A stretch of 64,000 bases of DNA, from assembly GCA_002369415.1 (NCBI GenBank), contig DFEZ01000002.1, forward strand, positions 30,158 through 94,157, written 5' to 3'. Shown piece after piece: positions 46,155-57,132 of the stretch (position 1 is its first letter; each line of letters begins with the position of its first letter). The DNA is from Bacillales bacterium UBA3789. GTDB taxonomy: Bacteria; Bacillota_I; Bacilli_A; RF39; UBA660. The translations under genes and the position numbers were made by a program. The notes beneath the pieces were generated by a model. It was not told the DNA's origin, did no database searches, and saw only the letters and a list, made by a program, of their open reading frames with translations.

Positions 46155-46736
46155 TTAGACACTTATTTTGTTTTGTTTGTCAAATGGAATGTGTAAACAT
46201 TTACGTGAAGCTAGATAATCACACATATGAACGAAGTTTTGATATTTTGTTTTAGGTGGTTCTAATACTTCTTCACCATTATAATCTTTTGTCCAAACTC
46301 CCATATGAGTTTTAATTACATCTCCTAAAAATTCTATATCTTCCATTTCAAGTCCAATCTCTTCTTCATACTCCATTAAGAATTCTTGCATAAGAATAGG
46401 ATGATCAAATCTAACATATCTTTCTTTTGGTATTCCGTGTTTTACTCCATCATGGATAAGTAATGCCATAAGCATTAAATCTTTCTCATGAGATGTATAT
46501 TTATCTCCTATAGCAGGATCAGATAATAATTCAAATCCAAATCTCATAGCAGCTTTAGAGTGTCTTAATAATCCACCCTCTCCCAATGCATAATCTGGAT
46601 GATATTTACCAGTAGATGATGCTGCTACTTCAAAGAAATAATCTGGTAATAGTTTTAATACATTTATTAAAGCTTCTTTTATCTTTTCATCTTTAATATA
46701 ACTTAATTCCATTTCAAATTCTTTTTCAAAATCCAT
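46155..46736 (-). CDS. HD-domain phosphohydrolase.
   Basis: …GKYHPDYALGEGGLLRHSKAA… and …LLIHDGVKHG… (H…HD…H…D pattern). 193 aa. Confidence 0.65.
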   Translation of the reverse strand: MDFEKEFEMELSYIKDEKIKEALINVLKLLPDYFFEVAASSTGKYHPDYALGEGGLLRHSKAAMRFGFELLSDPAIGDKYTSHEKDLMLMALLIHDGVKHGIPKERYVRFDHPILMQEFLMEYEEEIGLEMEDIEFLGDVIKTHMGVWTKDYNGEEVLEPPKTKYQNFVHMCDYLASRKCLHIPFDKQNKISV

Positions 46737-47833
46737 TATCTTTCACCCTCTAACAATTCGACTATTATTTCATTACTAACATACCATTTTGATTCCGGTA
46801 TAAATAGATTATTGTCCTTTAGTACCAAGAAGCCTTTATCTACTAAATAATTATAATCATATAAATCAATTAAATCTTTATGGTATTTTTTCTTAAATTC
46901 AAACAAGTTTATTCCTGTATTCTTTCTAAGATTTAATAATATCTCATATTCTATTTCATCATGATTATTTATAATTTCTTCATCATATTTATAAAAACCA
47001 TCAAGATATTTATTAATAGATCTAGTATTAGTAATTCTTCTATTATTCATATATGAACTTGCGCCCAATCCAAATCCATAATATTTCTTATTATCCCAAT
47101 AACAAGTATTATGTTTAGATTCGTATCCAGGTTTTGCAAAATTGCTTATCTCATAATGATTAAATCCTAAAGATTTAAGTTCATTACAAATGTATTCATA
47201 CATTTTGGTATCAACATCTACATCAATACTTTGTGCTTTATTAATACTTAGTTTAGTATGAGGTTCTATAATTAGTGAATATGTAGATATATGATTTATA
47301 TCTAGTTCTTTAATAAATTCTATATCTTCTTTTAATATATCTATTGTTTCATTTGGAATAGCATATATTAAATCTACATTTATATTATCAATACCTATTT
47401 CTTTACAATAATTAATTGTATTAATTACTTCTTCTTTATTAAGTTCTCTTTCCATAAATGATAAATTATCTTTATTAGTAGATTCTAATCCAAAACTTAG
47501 TCTATTGATTCCATATTGTTTATATAAATCTATTTTCTCTTTAGTAGTACTTTCAAAGTTTCCTTCTATTGTATATTCTAATTTATCACTTACTTTAAAC
47601 TTTTTAATAATATTAAATAATCTTTCTAATTCATCTAAATCTAGACAGCTTGGAGTACCTCCACCTATATAGATAGTATCTAGCGTTTCTCCTTTGTAAA
47701 TAGAATCTATTTCTTTTTCTAATGAGTCTAGATATTTACTTTTGAACTTTTTAATATTATATATTTTGGGAAAGTCACAATAAGAACATATTCTATTACA
47801 AAATGGTATATGAATATAACATGACTTAATCAT
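46736..47833 (-). CDS. hemW: Radical SAM heme chaperone HemW (HemN-like oxygen-independent coproporphyrinogen III oxidase family).
   Basis: CYIHIPFCNRICSYCDF (CxxxCxxC). 365 aa, HemW-sized. Sits next to lepA as in many Firmicutes. Confidence 0.85.
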   Translation of the reverse strand: MIKSCYIHIPFCNRICSYCDFPKIYNIKKFKSKYLDSLEKEIDSIYKGETLDTIYIGGGTPSCLDLDELERLFNIIKKFKVSDKLEYTIEGNFESTTKEKIDLYKQYGINRLSFGLESTNKDNLSFMERELNKEEVINTINYCKEIGIDNINVDLIYAIPNETIDILKEDIEFIKELDINHISTYSLIIEPHTKLSINKAQSIDVDVDTKMYEYICNELKSLGFNHYEISNFAKPGYESKHNTCYWDNKKYYGFGLGASSYMNNRRITNTRSINKYLDGFYKYDEEIINNHDEIEYEILLNLRKNTGINLFEFKKKYHKDLIDLYDYNYLVDKGFLVLKDNNLFIPESKWYVSNEIIVELLEGER

Positions 47834-48534
47834 TATTTTCTTCCTCTTAGTTTTTCTGCTGCACTGTCTTCTATACTTTGAACCTCTCCTTTAGATAATC
47901 CAAGCATTCTTTCTACTTCATTTTGATCAACATTATTTGCTCTAAGACCAGCAACTATTCGTTCTCTTGGAGATAAATCATCTGGTAAAGTTGCTACTGC
48001 ATGACCAACTTTCTTAATAAAAGTATTTCTTGAACTGTCTAGTTTGATACGTATTTCCTCAGCAAATTCTTCTCCTAATATTTCTTCTAAATAAGGAGAT
48101 GTTAAACAATCATAAATATAATCTTTTGTAAAATGTGGAATATCTTTTAATTCTTCTGCCATTTTTTCAAATGTAATTGGAAAATGATCATAATAATAAG
48201 TACATAAGAATATAATATCTTGTTTTTTTGATTCTACTTTATTGTCTGCTGTTGGTGAAGATACACTTCCTGTAAATTTACCATTTTCATCTCTTGTTGG
48301 TTCATTATTTTGAAATGATATTTCTCCACCTTTTTTTCTACCTCTATCTTTATTTAATTGTAATTGTTCTCCAATAGTTAGACCATTATCTAATAGGCTT
48401 TTTGCACGTTTTTGTAAGTATCTTTGAATTGAAGATTTTGAGATTCCAGTTGAGGCAGCTATTTCACTTATATAAGCAGTTGGATGTTCCACAAAAAATT
48501 CAAATACTATTTGTTCTTTAGTCTTTTGATTCAT
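47833..48534 (-). CDS. DNA-binding protein with an N-terminal HTH and a C-terminal sigma-70 region-4-like HTH.
   Basis: YISEIAASTGISKSSIQRYLQ near the N-terminus. C-terminal LSPRERIVAGLR…EVERMLGLSKGEVQSIEDSAAEKLR resembles sigma region 4. 233 aa. Sits between lepA and hemW, where hrcA is often found. Confidence 0.5.
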   Translation of the reverse strand: MNQKTKEQIVFEFFVEHPTAYISEIAASTGISKSSIQRYLQKRAKSLLDNGLTIGEQLQLNKDRGRKKGGEISFQNNEPTRDENGKFTGSVSSPTADNKVESKKQDIIFLCTYYYDHFPITFEKMAEELKDIPHFTKDYIYDCLTSPYLEEILGEEFAEEIRIKLDSSRNTFIKKVGHAVATLPDDLSPRERIVAGLRANNVDQNEVERMLGLSKGEVQSIEDSAAEKLRGRK

Positions 48535-48537
48535 AAA

Positions 48538-50331
48538 CTACTCCTTTGTAGATAAAATTGATAAGAATGCTTCTTGTGGTACTTCTACAGAACCAATTTG
48601 TTTCATTCTCTTTTTACCTTCTTTTTGTTTTTCTAATAGTTTTTTCTTACGAGTAACGTCTCCACCGTAACATTTGGCAAGTACGTCTTTTCTTAATGCT
48701 CTTACTGTTTCTCTTGCGATTACGTGTTGTCCTATAGCAGCTTGTATTGGTACTTCAAATAATTGTCTTGGAATTATTTCTCTTAGTTTTTCTACTACTG
48801 CTCTTCCTCTAGTATATGCAAAATCTTTATGAACTATTACACTTAAGGCATCTACTATTTCTCCATTTAATAATATATCCATCTTTACTAAGTTACTTTC
48901 TTTATAACCTATAATATCATAATCAAATGATGCATAACCTTTAGTATAACTTTTTAATTTATCAAAGAAATCATATACTATTTCTGATAAAGGTAATTCA
49001 TAATTAATAGTAACTCTTTCTGTATCTAAATAATCCATATTTATAAATGTTCCTCTTTTATTTTGGCATAGTTCCATTAATGGACCAATATACTCTTTTG
49101 GTGAAAAGATTGAACATTTTACATATGGTTCATATGTCTTACTAATTATTTCTCTTCTAGGCATTTTAGTAGGGCTATCTACTATTACTTTAGACTTATC
49201 AGTTAATTCTACTTCATATACAACTGAAGGAGAAGTTGCGATTATATCAATACCAAATTCTCTTTCAATTCTTTCTTCTACTATTTCCATATGAAGTAGT
49301 CCTAAGAATCCACATCTAAATCCAAATCCTAAAGCTTTTGATGTTTCTGGTTCAAATGATAAGGCTGCATCATTTAATTTTAATTTGTTTAAAGCATCTC
49401 TTAAATCTTCAAATTTGTTTGACTCTATTGGATATAATCCACAGTAAACTGTTGGTTTCATTGGTTTATATCCAGGAAGGCGCTCTTCTGCAGGATCATC
49501 TTCTAGAGTAATTGTATCTCCTACATGAACATCACTTATACTTTTGATAGATGCATATAGGTATCCTACATCTCCTGTTTCTATTTTATCTACATTTTTC
49601 TCTTTAGGTGTATTTATTGATAAACCAACTACATCATAGACAGCATTTGTTTCCATCATTTTTATGATGTCCCCTACTTTTATTTCTCCGTCTACAACTC
49701 TTACACTTATTATTACTCCTTTATATGAGTCGAATAAGCTATCAAATATTAATGCTTTTAATTTACCTTTTTTATTTCCCTTTGGAGATGGAATCTTTTC
49801 AATTACTTTTTCTAATAGTTCTTCTACTCCTACTCCTGTTTTAGCACTAGTTAAGACTATTTCATCTCTATTAAAACCAATATTTTCTAATTCAGTAATG
49901 ACCTTTTCGGGATCAGCGCTTGGAAGGTCTATTTTATTTATAACTGGTATTATTGTTAGATTGTTATCTAATGCTAGATAAAGATTAGCTAATGTTTGTG
50001 CTTCTATTCCTTGAGCTGCATCTACTACTAAAATTGCTCCTTCACAGGCAGCTAAACTTCTACTTACTTCATATGAGAAATCTACATGTCCTGGAGTATC
50101 TATTAAATTTAATTGATATTCTTCACCCTTATGTTTATAAGATAACTGAACAGCATTTAACTTAATAGTAATTCCTCTTTCTCTTTCTAAGTCCATAGAA
50201 TCTAACATCTGATCTTTAAGTTCTCTTTTGTCTATTGCACCTGTAAGTTCTAATATACGATCTGCTAAAGTACTTTTACCATGATCAATATGAGCAATTA
50301 TACAAAAGTTTCTTATATTTTCTTGTTTCAT
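48538..50331 (-). CDS. lepA: Elongation factor 4 (LepA).
   Basis: [25 protein letters not shown], the G domain. LepA C-terminal domain present. Start at ATG 50329-50331 with a perfect AAGGAGG SD. Confidence 0.9.
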   Translation of the reverse strand: MKQENIRNFCIIAHIDHGKSTLADRILELTGAIDKRELKDQMLDSMDLERERGITIKLNAVQLSYKHKGEEYQLNLIDTPGHVDFSYEVSRSLAACEGAILVVDAAQGIEAQTLANLYLALDNNLTIIPVINKIDLPSADPEKVITELENIGFNRDEIVLTSAKTGVGVEELLEKVIEKIPSPKGNKKGKLKALIFDSLFDSYKGVIISVRVVDGEIKVGDIIKMMETNAVYDVVGLSINTPKEKNVDKIETGDVGYLYASIKSISDVHVGDTITLEDDPAEERLPGYKPMKPTVYCGLYPIESNKFEDLRDALNKLKLNDAALSFEPETSKALGFGFRCGFLGLLHMEIVEERIEREFGIDIIATSPSVVYEVELTDKSKVIVDSPTKMPRREIISKTYEPYVKCSIFSPKEYIGPLMELCQNKRGTFINMDYLDTERVTINYELPLSEIVYDFFDKLKSYTKGYASFDYDIIGYKESNLVKMDILLNGEIVDALSVIVHKDFAYTRGRAVVEKLREIIPRQLFEVPIQAAIGQHVIARETVRALRKDVLAKCYGGDVTRKKKLLEKQKEGKKRMKQIGSVEVPQEAFLSILSTKE

Positions 50332-50367
50332 ACAGACCTCCTTAAACATTATATATTATATCATAAT

Positions 50368-50394
50368 AAAAAGTACTATAACTAGTACTTTTAT
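50368..50394 (-). terminator. Terminator after the 300-aa membrane-anchored protein gene.
   Basis: AGTACT-ATAA-CTAGTACT palindrome plus a T-run. Confidence 0.45.
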
Positions 50395-50396
50395 TA

Positions 50397-51299
50397 TTAA
50401 CTAATTGTACTATGATCAAAATAATAACTATTTCCGCTTACTTTGAAATAATATGATACAGTAGCAGCTTTATTAATATAATTATCAACAGATAGGTTTA
50501 ATGCTTGTATTTCATCTTTACTCATATTACCTTTTTGTTCAATTAAATTAGTATGACCATTATCTTTATAAATTGCTAAACTATAGAAATCTTGATTTTG
50601 AGTTAAAGATGTAAATATTACTTTTTCTTCTATTTTTAATGTATTATCTTCTAGTACATAAGCTTTATATAACTTAGTATAGTATTCATTTACTAGATTA
50701 TCATTTTTTATTATTCCTAAATTACTATCAAATACTATATCGTAAGCACTATTTGCTTGATTATAAGTCATTCTACCAACATTGTTTCCTTCAATAGAAT
50801 ATAGAAATGTATAATTAAGGCTATTCTCAAATGTATATGTAACATTAGGTCCAAAGAATTCTTTCATATAAGAATCTATTTTAGATGTAGGCAATCTATA
50901 TATTTTATTTCCTTTAGAGTCTTTTTGTCCTGTTTGATATACATCACCAGGAAGAGAATATTGTAATGCATAATAGAATTTCTCATAATTAGAAAAAGAA
51001 TTTAGTGTTACTGATTGTTCTTTTAGAAATTTATCATTTCTTGTACCTCTTACTCCATAAGTAACATTTTCATATAAAATCTTAACACTTTCATTTGTAA
51101 TAGGAATTTCTTCTCCTTGTTCTTGCTCTTCTTTTACTTTTGCTCCAAATATTGCAGCACTAATTAAGTATGTTCCTAAACCTACTACTAAACAAACGAT
51201 TAGTGTTACTAATAATCCCTTTTTAAATCCAGAACTTCTTTTTTCTTCCATTAACTCTGGTGTTTGTTCTTCATAAGTATCGAATTTAAAATCAGCCAT
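50397..51299 (-). CDS. Membrane-anchored hypothetical protein (300 aa).
   Basis: TM LLVTLIVCLVVGLGTYLISAAIF followed by an extracellular domain. No motif recognised. Confidence 0.5.
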   Translation of the reverse strand: MADFKFDTYEEQTPELMEEKRSSGFKKGLLVTLIVCLVVGLGTYLISAAIFGAKVKEEQEQGEEIPITNESVKILYENVTYGVRGTRNDKFLKEQSVTLNSFSNYEKFYYALQYSLPGDVYQTGQKDSKGNKIYRLPTSKIDSYMKEFFGPNVTYTFENSLNYTFLYSIEGNNVGRMTYNQANSAYDIVFDSNLGIIKNDNLVNEYYTKLYKAYVLEDNTLKIEEKVIFTSLTQNQDFYSLAIYKDNGHTNLIEQKGNMSKDEIQALNLSVDNYINKAATVSYYFKVSGNSYYFDHSTIS

Positions 51300-51339
51300 A
51301 TAATCATCTCTATTCTTTATCTAATCTAATTATATAATA

Positions 51340-51370
51340 AATAAAAAGAAAAAGAAACAAGTTAGTTTCT
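51340..51370 (-). terminator. Rho-independent terminator after the M16 peptidase pair.
   Basis: GAAAC-TAACTT-GTTTC plus T-rich TTTTTCTTTTT (minus-strand sense). Confidence 0.45.
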
Positions 51371-52627
51371 TTTCTTAATCATCTTAACAGTACATTTATT
51401 TCCAAAATCTATCTTATTAATTATTTCTTTTAATGTACTAAAACTTAGTTTTTTAATAGTCTCAATTCTATTTGGAAATAGTTTTTTAAATCTTACTAAG
51501 TCATCATGAATACAATTTTGCATTCTTTCAATACTATCAGTTGCTTTTACTTCATTTGCAATAAGAACTTTCTTAGCTCTTTCAAAATCTTGTTTATCTA
51601 ATTTCATTGCAATTATTTCTTTATTAATTTCATTAATCAATTCATCAACTTTAGTAGATGTAGCATATAAATAATAAACTATATAGTCTCCTGTAGTTTC
51701 TATTTCAGTATAAATATCATTTAATAATTTATTAGATCTTGTTCTTTCTCTAAATGTTGATGATGGTCCAAATATCATCTTTGAGAATATATCTAAGTAT
51801 AATTCTAATTCCATATCTTTTTGTTTAAATATTTCACGTGGAATCTTTATACCCATTCCAATCTTTGGAATATCAATGTTTTCCTCAAGTGTATAGAATG
51901 GTTTATCTACTTCTTTTTGTTCAGGCTTTGTAATTATATCAGGAGAAGGTTTATTGTGTTTATCTTTTAATTCTTCTTTTATTACTTCTAATGCTTCATC
52001 TATATTAAAGTTACCTACTATTAATATAAACATATTATTAGGAGAATAGAAATTATTATAACAACTATATAAATCTTCTTTAGTTATCTTTTCTATTTCT
52101 TCTACAGTACCTGCTATATCTATTCTTCTTGGACTATTATGATATAGACATTCTCTTAATTGCATTTCTAATTTGTAATCAGGAATATCTCTATACATTT
52201 TTATTTCTTCAGTAATAATTCCTTTTTCTTTTTCTACATTTTCATCTGTAAAGAATGGGGAATTAACAAATTTAATTAAATACCTTAAGTTTTCTTTAAA
52301 GTTCTTATTACCATAACAAATATATTGAGTATTATCATATGATGTTGCTGCATTAGCATCTGTTCCTGTTTCTGAGAAGAATGTAAATGGATCTATTCCT
52401 GACTCTTCTTCAAACATTTTATGTTCTAAGTAATGAGCAACTCCTAACGGAGGATTATACTCTTTATCATTTACTTTAAAACTATTTATATCACTACCAT
52501 ATCTAGTTGTATAACTAATATAATAATTCTTTTTATTATCATATGGAATTAAGTATATTTCTAAACCATTATTTAACTTTTCTATATATACTTTTTTATC
52601 TAATCCTACTAGTTCTATTTCTTTCAT
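51362..52627 (-). CDS. M16-family zinc peptidase, active subunit (YmfH/YmxG-like).
   Basis: Inverted zinc motif HYLEHKMF (HxxEH) and downstream Glu. 421 aa. Confidence 0.75.
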   Translation of the reverse strand: MKEIELVGLDKKVYIEKLNNGLEIYLIPYDNKKNYYISYTTRYGSDINSFKVNDKEYNPPLGVAHYLEHKMFEEESGIDPFTFFSETGTDANAATSYDNTQYICYGNKNFKENLRYLIKFVNSPFFTDENVEKEKGIITEEIKMYRDIPDYKLEMQLRECLYHNSPRRIDIAGTVEEIEKITKEDLYSCYNNFYSPNNMFILIVGNFNIDEALEVIKEELKDKHNKPSPDIITKPEQKEVDKPFYTLEENIDIPKIGMGIKIPREIFKQKDMELELYLDIFSKMIFGPSSTFRERTRSNKLLNDIYTEIETTGDYIVYYLYATSTKVDELINEINKEIIAMKLDKQDFERAKKVLIANEVKATDSIERMQNCIHDDLVRFKKLFPNRIETIKKLSFSTLKEIINKIDFGNKCTVKMIKKRN

Positions 52628-53886
52628 TCTTCTACCCCCTCTAGTAAGAATACTGTATCCATATTAATTTTTCTAAATACTTTAGTTATTTCACTCTTCT
52701 TTACTTTATCAATATTCTTATATCTATCTTTATAATTATCTAATTCAAGTATTTCTTCTTTAAAGTATTCATTTATTATTTGATATTCATAATCTTCTAT
52801 AGAATCAATTGATGTTTTATATAATTCTTTTGCTGTTGAAATATCTTTTTCTGTAAATTTTCCTCTTTTTAGTTCTTCTAATATTTTAGTAACTAATTGT
52901 AGAGTTGTTTTGTAATTATCTTTATCAATTCCAGCTTGAATTGTTAATAAACTATCTAATCTTCTTGCAGAAGTGTATATTGAATAACAAAGGGAGTTTT
53001 CTTCTCTAACTTCTTTAAATAATTTAGAATCAGTTCCTCCTCCATATATTATGTTTGCAAGTGGTAGAACATATTGTTTTTCATATGGAGTTAATTTACT
53101 TATAGGACAAGCTATTGCTAATTTAGATTGACTATTATTAATTGTTTCTTTAGCAATTAGTCTTCTACTACGACATTTCTTTGGTTTTAATTCATAAGAT
53201 GCTTTTTTCTTCTTAATAGTTCTAAATCTAAAATATTTCTTTATTATTTGTAGCATATCTTTTTTATCATAATCACCAATTACAAAGATATCTATATAAT
53301 CATTATTAATAACTTTTTCATAATATTCATATAAATTATTAACGTCTATTTTATCAAGGTCTTCCTTATATCCAATCATTCTATAAGATACTGGACTAGT
53401 CTTATCAAATGATTCACCTAATCTAATTAGGCTATATCCAACTGTATCTTCTTTTACTGAGTCTATTGAAACGTTAATGTTATTTTTAACTACTTCTAAC
53501 TTTTCTTTATTAAATCCTTTTTCTTTTACATCTGGATTTAGGATAACATCACTAATAAACTCAATTGCTTTTTCCATATTACCTTCTTCAGTATATTTAT
53601 CATTTAATACTGAAATAGTAAAACTTGTATTAATATAATTTCCTACTCTACTTGTATTACTATATACATCTGCAGAATATAATTCTTCTGCTTTAATAGT
53701 TAAATCTCTTCTAGTAGGATAATTATTAGAAGATTGTAATAATAATTCAGATAAAGCTAATCTTTTAGTTATATCTTCTTTTATTATTGGACTATGAAAA
53801 ACTATCCTTAAAGTGATAGTTTTAAATTTATCCGTTTGAATCATATGTAAGTTGAATGATCCTAAATCTTTCTTTATATATTGCAT
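52624..53886 (-). CDS. M16-family peptidase-like protein, non-catalytic partner (YmfF-like).
   Basis: M16 fold-length (420 aa) with no HxxEH. Overlaps the partner gene by 4 nt. Confidence 0.65.
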   Translation of the reverse strand: MQYIKKDLGSFNLHMIQTDKFKTITLRIVFHSPIIKEDITKRLALSELLLQSSNNYPTRRDLTIKAEELYSADVYSNTSRVGNYINTSFTISVLNDKYTEEGNMEKAIEFISDVILNPDVKEKGFNKEKLEVVKNNINVSIDSVKEDTVGYSLIRLGESFDKTSPVSYRMIGYKEDLDKIDVNNLYEYYEKVINNDYIDIFVIGDYDKKDMLQIIKKYFRFRTIKKKKASYELKPKKCRSRRLIAKETINNSQSKLAIACPISKLTPYEKQYVLPLANIIYGGGTDSKLFKEVREENSLCYSIYTSARRLDSLLTIQAGIDKDNYKTTLQLVTKILEELKRGKFTEKDISTAKELYKTSIDSIEDYEYQIINEYFKEEILELDNYKDRYKNIDKVKKSEITKVFRKINMDTVFLLEGVEE

Positions 53887-53910
53887 ATTCTGCCCCCTAT
53901 CCTATATTTT

Positions 53911-54624
53911 TTATAATACTGAGTCTAATGCCAATGTTATCATATCATTTAATGATTTTTCTCTATCTTCACTTGTTAAGCTTCTCTTATCAAACAATGA
54001 ATCTACAACAGTCATTAAACATGTTGCTTCTTTACCTAATTTTTTAGCTACATAGAATAATCCAAAGGCTTCCATCTCAACTGATAAGAATTCCATATCT
54101 GGATAATTACCTCTAAATTTTTCTTCATCATCACAGTATAAATCAAATACATCACTAGTAATAGTTTTACCATATTTTAGATTTAAACCTTTTATTTTAG
54201 CAGCATTCATAATCTTTCTATTAAGTTCTGCTGATGATTGTATAAAGTCTAAGTCAACTCCATCAAGCAATTGATCAAAATAACTTTTACAATATGCTCC
54301 ACTTGATAGAATTACATCTAATAATTTAATATCTTTATTAAATGAACCACAAGTTCCAATACGAATTATATTTTTAACATCATAATATTTATATAATTCA
54401 TATGAATATATTCCTATACTTGGAATACCCATACCTGATGCGAATACTGTAACTCTTTTTCCTTTATATGTTCCAGTATAACCGAACATATTTCTAACTT
54501 CATTTATTAGTTTTGCATCTTCTAAGAAATTTTCAGCGATATATTTTGCACGTAATGGATCTCCAGGCATTAATACTGTTTCTGCTATATCACCTTTTTC
54601 ACAACCTATATGTGGTGTAGCCAT
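53911..54624 (-). CDS. deoD: Purine nucleoside phosphorylase, DeoD type.
   Basis: MATPHIGCEKGDIAETVLMPGDPLRAKYIAENFL…GMGIPS… is the typical DeoD-type PNP. 237 aa. Confidence 0.85.
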   Translation of the reverse strand: MATPHIGCEKGDIAETVLMPGDPLRAKYIAENFLEDAKLINEVRNMFGYTGTYKGKRVTVFASGMGIPSIGIYSYELYKYYDVKNIIRIGTCGSFNKDIKLLDVILSSGAYCKSYFDQLLDGVDLDFIQSSAELNRKIMNAAKIKGLNLKYGKTITSDVFDLYCDDEEKFRGNYPDMEFLSVEMEAFGLFYVAKKLGKEATCLMTVVDSLFDKRSLTSEDREKSLNDMITLALDSVL

Positions 54625-54669
54625 ATATAAAACCTTCTTTCTTTAATTCTTATTATAGCATTTTTCTAT

Positions 54670-54699
54670 ATATTAAAAAAGAGACTTTTTTAGTCTCTT
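54670..54699 (-). terminator. Rho-independent terminator after the surface protein gene.
   Basis: AAGAGACT-AAAAA-AGTCTCTT plus T6 (minus-strand sense). Confidence 0.5.
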
Positions 54700-57032
54700 A
54701 TTAATTTAGATTTTCTTTTTACAAAGATTATACTTATTCCAAATATAATCATTAAAACTATAAGTGAAATTATGCTTGCTCCTGTTTTGGGATTATTTGG
54801 AATATTATTTTGATTGTTATCTGGAACATCTAATTTTTTATAGATTGGTTTTATTGTTACATCTACATCTGGCATTACAAAGGAATATTCATTTTCATTA
54901 TTTGTTTTTCTATATTCAACTTTGTTTCCTTCTTCATCTATTATTTCTATATCTATTAATTCATATCCATCTTCAGGATCTACTCTAAATGTAACAACGT
55001 CTTCATATACTACAGCTGATGCATCATTTACATCTATTTTTATTTCTTTTGTATGATCGTTATTATCTGTATTTACTGAATTTGATACTCTTTCATAAGA
55101 TGGGATAATTGTAACGTCTTTAGCAGGCATAGTAAATTTATATTCATTCTTATTAGAAGTTTCTTCAAAATCAACCTGATTATCATCTTCATCTTTTATT
55201 TCAATGTTAGTTACTTTATATCCTTTAATTGGAGTAACCTTGAACTTAACTTCTTCTCCTTCTTCGACTTTTGTAAAATCCTCTAATTCGATATTAATAT
55301 CTTTGGTTTCATTCTTTACAACTACATCTACTTTGTATTTTTGAATTGGTATAGCAATATATGGATTATCTTTACTACCAGTTCCTTCTTCATATCCCAT
55401 ATTTGCTTTAAGTGTTATAGCAGGACGTATATATTGCGAATTGACAGAATTCCAACTAGTAGTTGTTGTACCAGTATCAGTTATTGTCTGTACAGCAGTT
55501 CCTCTTTCATACACAAATGTAGGAGTCATTGTCCAATATGTAACACCTATTCCTCTATTTTGATTTCCTGATACTAAATATGACATTTCGTAGTGAGATG
55601 GTATTCCTATTGGATATGTTAATTTTGCTTTTGGATTACTTACACTAAACATATCTGTATCTCTACTGCAGTTTAAACCTGTGTTAAAAGAAATACGACC
55701 AGTTATATTTCCGGTTTCACTAAATCCATATTTATTATTAATTACTCTACTTGAGCAATAAATTGTATCATCTATATATTCAGTATAATCAATTAAATTG
55801 TTTCTATACCATTGATCTACTTTTGCTTTTACTAATGAATCTTTTCTATTTACATTCTCATTATAAAGCATATCATCTAAGAATTCATTGATTCCCTTAC
55901 CATCTGACATATTATAGTATAAAATCGAATGGCTATATAGATAATAAACATAGGAAATGTTTTCACATTTACCTGTCATATTTAAGCAAGTGTAATGTTT
56001 CCCTGCTATAATGGATGCATTGTCATAAAAATTCCATATTGGTTCTGCATCATCTGTTAGTGTGTATTCACCATTTTCATATGTGAAACCACTTGCAAAT
56101 AGATAAACTAAATTTACTTTCATATAACTCATTGTAGTTCCAGAAGTAGAATATACATATCTTAATTCACTACATGTATTATTTACTGCATTTTTACAGA
56201 CAAATTTTTTATTGATATTTGACATATTTTGATAATAATCATACGTATGGATTGTTGTTGGATTAACTATTGTGTAAGTTTCATCACCATTATCTATATA
56301 ATCATCTCCATATGTAAATGTATCTGTTAGATTTGCAAGCGTTCTACCGCTTGAAAGAGCTCTATAATAGTAATTAGTTTCATCAACTCCAACTATATAA
56401 TAAGCAGTCTGTGCATTTTCTATTACATTAGTTGTACTAAGTGTATATTTTCCTGCTAAAACTGTATAGTCAGTATTTTCATCTACTGCAATAGGATCCA
56501 CTAAAGAGTATTTTCTTGTAGATGCATCATATGATATTTCATCTGCATACCATTTGATTGATGTTAAATTTCCTTTACTTTGAAAAGTTTCACCATAACT
56601 TGTTGTACCTTTTGGATCGGTTACTTGATTATACATATATCCTAAATAAGCTACAGAATTACTTGGCGCATATTGTGACATTCCTATTGTTGCATTGGCT
56701 CCTGTACTAATACATTTTCCATCTGTTGGTACACCATTATATATAAGTTTTACTCCTCCAGTATCTGTAGTACGAATTAATTGCCAACAAAAATTTCCAA
56801 ATATAACATTATTGATATTGGAAATAGTATCTGTAGTTTCTTGATTTGCGCCTCTCCAATAATATACCTCTTCTGTAGACAAATTTGGATCCATAGAATC
56901 TTGATGTGGATTGTTATATTTTGTTGCAAAAGATTTATTTTTTATTACATCATAAAAATATTCCTTTTTAGCATTTACCATTAAAGGTAAAAAGAAAACT
57001 ATTAATATAATTGATAATATTATTTTTCTCAT
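54690..57032 (-). CDS. Cell-wall-anchored surface protein (780 aa). It has two C-terminal Ig-like repeats and an NPKTG sortase (class B-type) sorting signal.
   Basis: Signal peptide MRKIILSIILIVFFLPLMVNA. C-terminus NNPKTGASIISLIVLMIIFGISIIFVKRKSKLIRD, i.e. motif plus hydrophobic segment plus basic tail. Repeats: VKFKVTPIKGYKVTNIEIKDEDDNQVDFEETSNKNEYKFTMPAKDVTI and VTFRVDPEDGYELIDIEIIDEEGNKVEYRKTNNENEYSFVMPDVDVTI. Confidence 0.7.
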   Translation of the reverse strand: MRKIILSIILIVFFLPLMVNAKKEYFYDVIKNKSFATKYNNPHQDSMDPNLSTEEVYYWRGANQETTDTISNINNVIFGNFCWQLIRTTDTGGVKLIYNGVPTDGKCISTGANATIGMSQYAPSNSVAYLGYMYNQVTDPKGTTSYGETFQSKGNLTSIKWYADEISYDASTRKYSLVDPIAVDENTDYTVLAGKYTLSTTNVIENAQTAYYIVGVDETNYYYRALSSGRTLANLTDTFTYGDDYIDNGDETYTIVNPTTIHTYDYYQNMSNINKKFVCKNAVNNTCSELRYVYSTSGTTMSYMKVNLVYLFASGFTYENGEYTLTDDAEPIWNFYDNASIIAGKHYTCLNMTGKCENISYVYYLYSHSILYYNMSDGKGINEFLDDMLYNENVNRKDSLVKAKVDQWYRNNLIDYTEYIDDTIYCSSRVINNKYGFSETGNITGRISFNTGLNCSRDTDMFSVSNPKAKLTYPIGIPSHYEMSYLVSGNQNRGIGVTYWTMTPTFVYERGTAVQTITDTGTTTTSWNSVNSQYIRPAITLKANMGYEEGTGSKDNPYIAIPIQKYKVDVVVKNETKDINIELEDFTKVEEGEEVKFKVTPIKGYKVTNIEIKDEDDNQVDFEETSNKNEYKFTMPAKDVTIIPSYERVSNSVNTDNNDHTKEIKIDVNDASAVVYEDVVTFRVDPEDGYELIDIEIIDEEGNKVEYRKTNNENEYSFVMPDVDVTIKPIYKKLDVPDNNQNNIPNNPKTGASIISLIVLMIIFGISIIFVKRKSKLIRD

Positions 57033-57103
57033 ACAATCACTATCCTAATATAATTATATATAACAATTATTATTTATACAACTATTTAGAAAATCATAAT
57101 GTC

Positions 57104-57132
57104 AAATAAAAAAGCATCAATTGATGCTTTTA
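57104..57132 (-). terminator. Rho-independent terminator of ftsK.
   Basis: Perfect palindrome AAAGCATCAA/TTGATGCTTT plus a T-run (minus-strand sense). Confidence 0.5.

Noticed and set aside
49664-56984. Antisense ORFs 49664-49981, 53852-54055, 53856-54047, 54764-54988, 55341-55571 and 56781-56984.
   Set aside because: They lie opposite lepA, the M16 gene, deoD and the surface-protein gene, and lack expression signals.
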